A stretch of DNA of 64,000 bases from Podarcis erhardii (taxonomy: Eukaryota), in the NCBI GenBank assembly GCA_964252035.1, contig OZ176200.1; one strand, 5' to 3'. The position numbers were made by a program, and so were the translations under genes. This document shows, piece after piece, positions 49,992 to 58,585 of this stretch (position 1 is its first letter; each line of letters starts with the position of its first letter). Below the pieces are notes generated by a model, which did not search any database, had not been told where the DNA came from, and was given only the letters and a program-made list of their open reading frames with translations.

Positions 49992-52900
49992 TTAAGTGTT
50001 TCTTGGGCCTTTTTGCAAATTTCCCCTACTTCGAGATCAATTTGAGATCAGACACAGAAAAAAGAATCATTTGGGACGCAAGTAAAGCCGTGATGCGTGG
50101 CTTCCTAATACAACAGAATTCAATAAAGAGGAAAAAGCAGAATGAGAAGAAAGAGAAAATTTGGAATCTAATAAAAGAAGGGGAGAAGAAATTGAGATCT
50201 AAGCCTAAATCCCAGGAGATATTAAGAGAAATAAAATTCTATCAAACACAATATATGGAATTGACGAACCAGGAAATAGAATGGAAAATTAAACAAATGA
50301 GACAAAAGACTTTTGAATCTGCAGATAAATGTGGGAAGCTACTGTCTTGGCAACTGAAAAAGAGACAAAAATTGAACACAGTGACATCACTCGAAGTAGA
50401 TGGGAAGTCTATTAATAAACCAAATGAGATAAGTAATTGTTTTCAAAGTTTCTTTAAGAAATTATACAAACAAGGGCCAAAAAATGAACAGGAGATAGAA
50501 GAATTTATTGGAAAATACGGACTATCAAAAATCTCTGAAAACAACAGAAGGAGTTTAAACGAGAAAATTACAGACCAAGAAATAGAGAGTGCCATCCAGG
50601 ATATGAAGCTGGGAAAATCACCAGGACCAGATGGATTAACTGCGAGATATTATAAAGTATTGAAGGATTGGTTAATACAACCATTGAAAGAAGTCTGCAA
50701 CCAAATTTTGGAGGGGAAAAAGGCTCCCGAATCGTGGAAGGAAGCATTCATCTCACTTATACCAAAGACAGAAACTGAGAAACATCAAGTCAAGAATTAC
50801 CGCCCTATATCACTTTTGAACGTGGATTATAAAATTTTTGCAGACATTCTAGCAAAAAGATTCAAAAAAGTGCTGTTAGAGGAGATTCACAGGGACCAAA
50901 CAGGCTTTCTACCAGGCAGGCATTTGTCAGACAATGTGAGGAATATTATAGATATTCTAGAACTTTTGGAAACTGACATAAATAGAAAAGCTGTTTTGAT
51001 TTTTGTGGATGCAGAGAAAGCCTTTGACAATATTTGTTGGAGTTTTATGAAGAGGAATCTCCAAGGAATGGGGGTAGGCAAGAACTTTGAAAATGGTATA
51101 AGTGCAATTTATTCTGAGCAAAAGGCCAAACTTATTGTAAATGGTATGGTTATGGATGAAATTCCAATAGAGAAAGGGACACGACAGGGATGCCCAATTT
51201 CCCCTCTATTGTTTATATCGGTACTGGAGGTTTTCCTTAACATGATTAGAAGAGACCAGCTGGTTAAAGGTATACAGGTCGGAACTAAACATTATAAGCT
51301 AAGAGCATTTGCAGATGACCTAGTTTTGACACTACAACAGCCAGAAACTAGCACAAAAAGAGTTTTGGAACTTATTGAAATATTTGGTCAGGTAGCAGGT
51401 TTTAAATTGAATAAACACAAGACAAAGGTGTTGGAAAAAAATCTCACGGTGGGGGAAAAAGATAGTTTTCAAAGAGAAACGGGTTTGGAAATTACTAAAA
51501 AGGTAAAATATCTGGGGGTGAACTTAACATCTAAGAATGTGAATCTATTTAAAGATAATTATGAGAAATGCTGGGCTGAAGTGAAGAAAGATTTCGATAT
51601 ATGGTCAAGATTGAGACTTTCCTTGTTAGGCCGAATTGCTGTAATTAAGATGAATGTATTGCCGAGATTGTTGTTTTTGTTCCAGACATTGCAAATTTTA
51701 GATAAGATGGACTGTTTCAAGAAGTGGCAGAAAGATATATCTAAATTTGTCTGGCAGGGCAAAAAACCCAGAATTAAATTCAAGATTTTGACTGATGCAA
51801 AGGATAGAGGGGGCTTTGCCCTGCCGGACTTAAAACTTTATTATGAAGCAGCAGCTTTTTGCTGGCTGAAACCATGGCTACTTCTTGAGAATACAGATAT
51901 TCTGGACTTGGAAGGTTATGATAATAGTTTTGGTTGGCATGCATATTTATGGTATGACAAGGTAAAGGTACACAGAAATTTTAAAAATCATATTATTAGG
52001 AAAGCATTGTATAATGTATGGAATCGATATAAAGATTTGTTTGAAAGTAAAACCCCCAGGTGGCTGTCACCAATGGAAGCTAAGGCGGTAAAAAGATTGA
52101 ACATGGATACAGACTGGCCAAAATATTGTGAAATTATAGAATATGATGGTGAAAAGTTGAAACTACAGAGTTTTGAGAAATTGAAACCTAAAGTCCGAGA
52201 CTGGTTACATTATTACCAGATTAATGAAACTTTTAAGCAGGACAGAAAACTAGGATTTCAGAAGGAGAGGTCAAAGTTAGAAACAGAATTGCTAGAACCC
52301 AATACTAAGAATTTGTCTAGAATGTATAATCTGCTGCTAAAATGGAACACACAAGATGAAACGGTTAAATCAGCCATGATTAAGTGGGCACAAGATATTG
52401 GTCATGATATTATGTTTGCTGACTGGGAGCAGTTATGGACCACAGGTATTAAATTTACGGCATGTAGTGCCCTGAAAGAGAACATAATGAAAATGATCTA
52501 TAGGTGGTACATGACCCCAGTCAAGCTTGCAAAGATATATCATTTGCCCAATAACAATTGCTGGAAGTGTAATGAATGTGAAGGAACTTTTTATCACCTT
52601 TGGTGGACCTGCCCAAAGATTAAGGCCTACTGGGAAATGATCTATAATGAAATTAAGAAAATCCTTAAGTGGACATTTGTAAAGAAACCGGAGGCTTTTC
52701 TCTTGGGCATGGTCGGCCAATTGGTACCAAAGAAAGATAGGACCTTTTTTATGTACGCAACAACAGCAGCAAGAATCCTTTTGGCGAAGTATTGGAAGAC
52801 TAAAGAATTACCTACTCTGGAAGAATGGCAGACCAAGGTGACTGAATTTATGGGACTGGCAGAGATGACCGGCAGAATCCGTGACCAGAAGAAAGAGACA

Positions 52901-53184
52901 GTGGAGGAGGACTGGAAAAAATTTAAAATCTATCTTAAAAATTGTTGTAAAATTTCGGAATGTTAAGATGTCAGGGGATTGGACACTAAGAATTACAGCT
53001 ATAAATCGAAATTTATAAAGCAGAAACTCTTTTTAAAGAGAATTAAATATAAAAATGGGATGAAGAATTGCTAAAAATTTTGAAATTTGGATGCAGTGAA
53101 GGGGAGGTTTGGGGAAGTCGCATTATGTTTGTTTTGTTTTTTCTTTATGTTGTAAAATCAATAAAAATTATTATAAAAAAAAAA
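49992..53184 (+). mobile_element. Young 5'-truncated L1-clade LINE (3.2 kb) with an inverted 5' tip
   Basis: Perfect 17-bp TSD aagacatgataaatact (49975-91 and 53185-201), AATAAA at 53160, A-tail, and an open ORF2 with RT. Confidence 0.96.
50027..52966 (+). CDS. L1 ORF2p fragment (RT and C-terminal CCHC; endonuclease missing)
   Basis: Motifs KSPGPDG, YRPISLLNVDYK, DAEKAFD, GTRQGCPISPLLF, FADD, YLGV and CWKC...HLWWTC. No stops; first ATG at 50093. Confidence 0.9.
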   Translation, partial: YFEINLRSDTEKRIIWDASKAVMRGFLIQQNSIKRKKQNEKKEKIWNLIKEGEKKLRSKPKSQEILREIKFYQTQYMELTNQEIEWKIKQMRQKTFESADKCGKLLSWQLKKRQKLNTVTSLEVDGKSINKPNEISNCFQSFFKKLYKQGPKNEQEIEEFIGKYGLSKISENNRRSLNEKITDQEIESAIQDMKLGKSPGPDGLTARYYKVLKDWLIQPLKEVCNQILEGKKAPESWKEAFISLIPKTETEKHQVKNYRPISLLNVDYKIFADILAKRFKKVLLEEIHRDQTGFLPGRHLSDNVRNIIDILELLETDINRKAVLIFVDAEKAFDNICWSFMKRNLQGMGVGKNFENGISAIYSEQKAKLIVNGMVMDEIPIEKGTRQGCPISPLLFISVLEVFLNMIRRDQLVKGIQVGTKHYKLRAFADDLVLTLQQPETSTKRVLELIEIFGQVAGFKLNKHKTKVLEKNLTVGEKDSFQRETGLEITKKVKYLGVNLTSKNVNLFKDNYEKCWAEVKKDFDIWSRLRLSLLGRIAVIKMNVLPRLLFLFQTLQILDKMDCFKKWQKDISKFVWQGKKPRIKFKILTDAKDRGGFALPDLKLYYEAAAFCWLKPWLLLENTDILDLEGYDNSFGWHAYLWYDKVKVHRNFKNHIIRKALYNVWNRYKDLFESKTPRWLSPMEAKAVKRLNMDTDWPKYCEIIEYDGEKLKLQSFEKLKPKVRDWLHYYQINETFKQDRKLGFQKERSKLETELLEPNTKNLSRMYNLLLKWNTQDETVKSAMIKWAQDIGHDIMFADWEQLWTTGIKFTACSALKENIMKMIYRWYMTPVKLAKIYHLPNNNCWKCNECEGTFYHLWWTCPKIKAYWEMIYNEIKKILKWTFVKKPEAFLLGMVGQLVPKKDRTFFMYATTAARILLAKYWKTKELPTLEEWQTKVTEFMGLAEMTGRIRDQKKETVEEDWKKFKIYLKNCCKISEC

Positions 53185-53612
53185 AAGACATGATAAATAC
53201 TGTAATGCCACCCCTACTTCATTGAACCATGAGACATTTCAGGGGAGTTGTTCTTAACTGGGCCGGGTCTCATTTTGGGATGAGGGCACTGGAGGCATGC
53301 CATTGTTTTGTCATAATACTTGTTCTTAATTGAAAATATACATGTTGAGCATAGGTGAAGATACAGTGTTAAACCACTCCAACAAATACCGAAGTTCACT
53401 GTACCTCAGCTGTGTTTGTGGTGGGCGAAACTGCCCCTTCTGACACCGATGTTGCTGCTGCTTACCTGGCTGGGGCTGGCTGGGTGGGACAATGGTGAGG
53501 TCAGAGCTATGGGTTGACCACCAGCCAACCTGATGTTCCCAGTGGTGCAACTGTGTGGCCCCAAACGTCTTGTTCCCTCCCCATCCAGGTAAGCAACAGT
53601 GACACCCCTGAC

Positions 53613-53642
53613 ACTTAACGGTCAGGGGTCCCTTTACCTTTT
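53613..53642 (+). mobile_element. 30-bp Sauria SINE/RTE-type 3' tail fragment
   Basis: acttaacggtcaggggtccctttacctttt matches the SINE tail. Confidence 0.5.
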
Positions 53643-54798
53643 ACGTAGAGAAAGCTGGAAAAGGAAAGGAAAAGAGCAGCCCATTTTGATCTCTGCCAAC
53701 CATTAATGCAGACAGCCATTAAGAGCCATTGGCCTGCAATTCACTAACTATGAGGATCTGCTAAGTGGTATCTTCTCTGCCAGGTCTGAAGCACCCAATT
53801 AGCCGCTCTTTACAATCAAAGAATTGGAAACCTCTCCCAGCCCAGCTCATCTATTCAATCCTGTAGCAATACAAATTGCATAAGGAATATATGTGAGGAA
53901 ATGTTCTTTGCTCGCATAACAATTTAGCAAAGCTAGTTACTTGACAATATTTTTTTTTAATCCTTTATGCTTAGTCGAATGATATACCATACACTGCTAC
54001 ATACACCTGTGTGTGCCCTCAGTATGTCCAAAGGGACAATTTGCACACCCTTTCAAATGTAGAGTTCTTACTTTTGATAGATGGTTATCCTGAGTGGTAA
54101 TTATAAGCATCAAGGAAAAGGCTAGTAGTCCTTACCAAGTTGGGTCAATTCACTAGCCCAGCTGCCAGTCTGTTGCCTTGCGGGAGACCAATTTGCTGTC
54201 AACCTCAATGGCTCCTTTTTGCCATAAAGGCTCAGAAAGAATCTGCTGCTTCCTCCCCTAGTATTTGTTCTATCTGTAAAACGCAGGTTCTTCATCATCA
54301 TTAGCGTCTGAATAGGGAGAGAGTGGTGATTAACTGTATCATCAGCTGCAGGAAGGCTGACAAATGTGACTGTTCTCTGGGGCCCTTTCATAGACATCTT
54401 CAGCAGACTGTATCAAATGGACTATCTCAATAGTACACCTCAGAGAGGTGGTTCAGAAAGAAAAAGAAGACATGGCACATGGCTTCCAAAAGAGATGCCA
54501 ATTCCTGCTTCAGACACTCTGTATGGTGCTCCCTCCACCAACAAAGTCTTATAATACTTATGTTTGGATGCAGCGTATTATTCCCAAAAGATTGGTTGAT
54601 TTTTCTTTCTTTAAACAAGTGGTTCCCAATTAGAGGTCCAGGGACCCCTGGGGGTCTACAGAATGCACCCAGGGGGTCCATGGCCCCGTCCCTTGCCTCC
54701 CCCCCCCCAACTATTTTGTCATTTTTGCATGGTAATAGTACAAATTTTATGGTCTGTTTTAGCCCTGAGAGATTTTTCAATATATTGGCCAAAACTGA

Positions 54799-54930
54799 TT
54801 TTTTTTTTATTAAAAAAATATTTTTATTAAACATTTTCTTGGTTTACAAAAGTATATGCCTTGTCTCTTTTTTCAGGTTGTACAGTCTTTCTTACAAATC
54901 AGTTACATTGGTTTTGAAATCACACCAGGA
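54799..54930 (-). mobile_element. L1-like 3' UTR / poly(A) fragment
   Basis: A T-run followed by tttattaaacatttt, i.e. AATAAA plus an A-tail on the minus strand. No TSD found. Confidence 0.4.
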
Positions 54931-55439
54931 TAACGATTTTGACCTAGCAATTCACAGCAACATATCGCTGCTAGCATGATATTGCTGCTGATTTGAGCTG
55001 CCTTCCCTCATGCTGAAGGAAAACAGGGTAGCTGATTGCCCTCGCTTCAAGGCACCATGGCACTACCTTCCCCTGGCACTGAGGCGGAACAGCTTTTCTC
55101 AGTCAGCAGGAAAGGAGCAGCAGCCACAGCGGCAGCTTGATCTCCCCCCCCCCCCCACTCATCCCCATCCCCTCCCACTCAACCCATGCAGTGGATGGAG
55201 GTGACTCTACTTCCTATCCTCCCCCCACCCATCCGATCTCTGCAGCTGTTCTTCCCCTCATCCCCATGCCTGATCTGCACCCACCCCACCCACCAGATCT
55301 CCATGAATGCTCTTTCCCTCATCCCCACACCTGATCTCCAATTTCAGACCTTGGGATATTTCAGAATATCACCATGTTTAGCTGCTGATATATCACAATG
55401 TTGAAAACGAGATATTGCTCAGCCCTAGTTTGTTTTCTA

Positions 55440-55790
55440 AGGTAAAGGGACCCCTGACCATTAGGTCCAGTCATGACCGACTCTGGGGTTGCAGCGCTCA
55501 TCTCCCTTTACTGGCCGAGGGAGCCAGCATACAGCTTGCAGGTCATGTGGCCAGCATAACTAAGCCGCTTCTGGCGAACCAGAGCATCGCACGGGAACGC
55601 CGTTTACCTTCCCGCCGGAGCGGGACCTATTTATTTACTTGCACTTTGACGTGCTTTCAAACTGCTAGGTTGGCAGGAGCAGAGACCGAGCAACGGGACC
55701 TTACCCCGTCGCAGGGATTCGAACTGCTGACCTTCTGATCAGCAAGTCCTAGGCTCTGTGGTTTAACCCACAGCGCCACCCACGTCCCAC
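55440..55790 (-). mobile_element. Full-length Sauria SINE
   Basis: A and B boxes plus tail; 11-bp TSD tttgttttcta at 55429-39 and 55791-801. Confidence 0.92.
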
Positions 55791-55859
55791 TTTGTTTTCT
55801 AGTATACCTAAAATCCTCTACAGGAGGCAGTGGAAGACTGGAGTGCCTGGAAGGTAAGA

Positions 55860-56590
55860 TAAAATTTTATTCGCATTAGCCATTGGCCATAGCAACAGTA
55901 AAACATTACAGTATACGCAGAAATGGAAGTTTGATATAAGAGCACAATTTAAAGTCCTGACTCAGCCGTCAGTTAGTGGCCCTTATTCTGATTGCCCCTG
56001 CCATGAACCTAGCAACCTTTGCTGTTATCTGCTCATTTTGATCTGATAGAAGGACATTGTGGCAGTGGTTGAGCGCCCTGGGATGGTTAGTATCAGTGGG
56101 GTGATGATCTCGTTCCTCAGGTCTTTGTAGAGAGCCGCTTTTCCGGGGCTACCATCTCCACAGGGGCAAAGACGTTTCTCAGGCGGGATCTTTTGGAATC
56201 GACCCTCAAGTACCGCAGATGACAAAACATCCAGTCTTACAAGTGTAAAAGCACGTCTGTATTTTGGGATAAGAAGTTTGTGCAGATATGGAGCCAGAGA
56301 ATCAAAATGGAGAGGTGGAAAATGAACATACCAAGGGCAGAATTTCCTTATAGTGGCCAGGTTGTTCTGATGCTCGATAGCTTTTAGACATTGACCAATT
56401 AGACTGTTTGCTTTAGTAGGGCCCATAGTGAGTAGGTGTTGTGGGGATAGGCCACAAGAGTGAAGTTTTTGATAGACGGTTTTAAGCCAGGCACTTTTTT
56501 GGGAGTCTTGAAGTACTAGGGATAGTAAACTGGGGGGATTTGAGTTTAGGCGGAGCCAGAAGTTAAGAGTTCTTTGCCAAGTCCAGACAC
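55860..56590 (-). mobile_element. 3' fragment of a non-LTR retrotransposon (RTEX/L2-Crack-like C-terminus)
   Basis: ORF segment RAFTLVRLDVLSSAVLEGRFQKIPPEKRLCPCG..LYKDLR resembles the zinc-knuckle tail of non-L1 LINEs and is followed by a minus-strand AATAAA. The clade call is tentative. Confidence 0.6.
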
Positions 56591-57994
56591 GACTAAACGA
56601 CTAAACCACAACAACAAAATCCCCTGCTTACTAGGGGCTACCACCCCACATTTTGTTCAAAAAATTGCTTTGCAGAGGTAACTACCATAGAGTCGGCAAC
56701 GTAGCCAAGCCCCTGGGGTGGGTGGGCATGCCCTGCAGCTAGGCCGCCCAGGGGGGTGGGGCAAGCTGCCAGAACTGTGTCCCTTCCAGCGCCCTCCACC
56801 TGTAGGATGCATGCACCAGCCCACCACCGCCTGCAAAAACAGGCAGCTCTGATGCCCTGCAGTCACTCACAGTCGCCCTCCTGCTGGAGGGCAGCTGAGG
56901 TGGAGGTGGCAGGCGGATGCCAACCCCACGCTGCTTTTTTACTCCCAGGAGAGACGCCATGGCTTGGGCACACTGAAGGCCCAGCCCCGCTCCGGGTGCC
57001 AGTGCGTGCCAGTTGCATCCTTCTCAGCCGCCATTCGGAGGCGGGGGTGGGGGTGGGGGGAGACACAGCAGCTCAGCGCACTAAGAGCCCAGCCCCAGGC
57101 TGTGCTGCTTTTGGGAGCAGTTCACCGGGCTCTGGGGTGCTTGGACTTGCGCTTCACCTTAGGATCTGGCATGCCACCCCCAATGTAAGTGCCACCCGGG
57201 ATTCCCGCCCCCTAGTTATCAAAATTTTCAAAAGCGTCCATGGCTTGGCTTTTGAAAAATAGGAGGTCCTCAGTAATTAGCTAATTGGGAACCACTGCTC
57301 TTAATGCAGACACTACTCAAAACACACACACTACACCTCAGTAGACATGAAATGCTCATAGGCTGTTGGGGGTGGGGATGGAAAACTGTGGGAGAGATGG
57401 AGCGTCTGGAACCCAGAAGAGAAGAACTCCATGCAGCAACACTTTGTTGCAGATTCAACAGGAAACAATTCTCGGGCCCTGCTATAAATGGTTCAAAACA
57501 GCAGCAAATTCTTACAACACACCAATTTTTCACACCAATTCCGGCTCTGATATCGTACTGCAAATGTGCCTTCACTGGGCTCCACAGAGAAATTTGCAGG
57601 ATGAACTTATGCAGTACTAAGCCTATATAGTTTTGCCCAGCCTAACTATTTCCTGACCTCTGTTAATGATCCCGAAGTGCTACTACAAAAGCAACAAACC
57701 GCTGCATTTTCAGTTCTTGCCCTCCCAGCCCAGGCTGCAATGCTAAGCACATTTCCGAGGGAATAAGTTCTACTGAGCACAGTGGGACTTACTCCCGAGG
57801 ATCACACTGGCATTCTCCGAGTCAAGCTCCTTTGTCTTAAGCAACATGAATTATTGAGAGCTGGCCTAAGTATCACCGTGGCTTGGATATCCTTCCTCAG
57901 CTACATGCTTGCAATGGAACACACCGTGGCCTGACCTGCGCCTTTTGTTCCGAATCAGTAAAGAGCTGGATCGATAACAGGCAATGGCTCCACT

Positions 57995-58060
57995 TTCCGC
58001 CCATCCCAGCAGGACCCGGGTGCAGCCAATCGCATGAACCCACAGAGGAGCATTTTAAGC
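57995..58060 (+). promoter_or_regulatory. Putative GPX2 core promoter
   Basis: GC box CCGCCC at 57997, CCAAT at 58026 and a TATA-like ttttaa near 58053, 70-130 bp upstream of the ATG. Confidence 0.45.
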
Positions 58061-58124
58061 AAGTCACTGTATCTGCAAGGGGCTCACTGCTGTCCTGTTG
58101 CTGCTGCCCGTGGTCCTTGCAGCC

Positions 58125-58346
58125 ATGACTCCCATAGCCAAATCTTTCTACGATCTCAACGCCACCGACCTCCAAGGGGAGAAGGTGGATTTCAACAACT
58201 TCAGAGGGAGGGTGGTCTTGATAGAAAATGTAGCCTCCCTCTGAGGCACTACGGTAAGGGATTACACCCAGATGAACCAGCTGCAGAGCAAATACCCTCG
58301 ACGGTTGGTTGTGCTGGGTTTCCCTTGCAACCAGTTTGGCTACCAG
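58125..58346 (+). CDS. GPX2: Glutathione peroxidase 2, exon 1 (222 bp; Sec TGA at 58242-58244)
   Basis: gccATG. Translates [74 protein letters not shown]; donor CAG/GTaagt. Confidence 0.97.
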
Positions 58347-58410
58347 GTAAGTGACCTGGTTCATTCTCTCTTTGGCCAGCCTTTATTGGCAAAAGATGGC
58401 TCCATCTCTC

Positions 58411-58585
58411 AGCCTTATACAAAGTCAGACCATCTGGCTCAGTATTGCTGACACTGACTGGTGGCATGGCGGCAGTCCAAACCTTTAGACAGGTGTTTCC
58501 CAGCCCTACCTGGAGCTGCCGGGGATTGAACCTGGGACCTTTTGCATGCAAAGCAGACGCTCTTCCGCTGAGCTACAGCTCCCCC
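58411..58585 (-). mobile_element. tRNA-Ala(TGC)-derived SINE in the GPX2 intron
   Basis: A 72-nt cloverleaf-like head (58582-58511) continues into a SINE body aggtagggctgggaaac... that is shared with other copies in the window. Confidence 0.85.

Larger units (their letters stand above)
54617..57297. mobile_element. Probable hAT-type element expanded by nested insertions
   Basis: Terminal (c/a)agtggttcccaattag inverted repeats (16/17). Weak TSD ctttaaac/ctcttaat (5/8), so pairing of the two ends is inferred. Confidence 0.55.

Noticed and set aside
49952-50026. First 25 aa of the 1004-aa ORF
   Set aside because: They come from a flank TTG, the TSD and the inverted L1 tip; the open frame across them is coincidental.
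58242-58244. Premature stop implying a GPX2 pseudogene
   Set aside because: It is at the GPx active-site position, the gene is otherwise intact and a SECIS is present, so it encodes Sec.
58511-58582. Genuine tRNA-Ala gene
   Set aside because: It continues into a SINE body shared with other copies, has stem mismatches and lacks an adjacent poly-T terminator.
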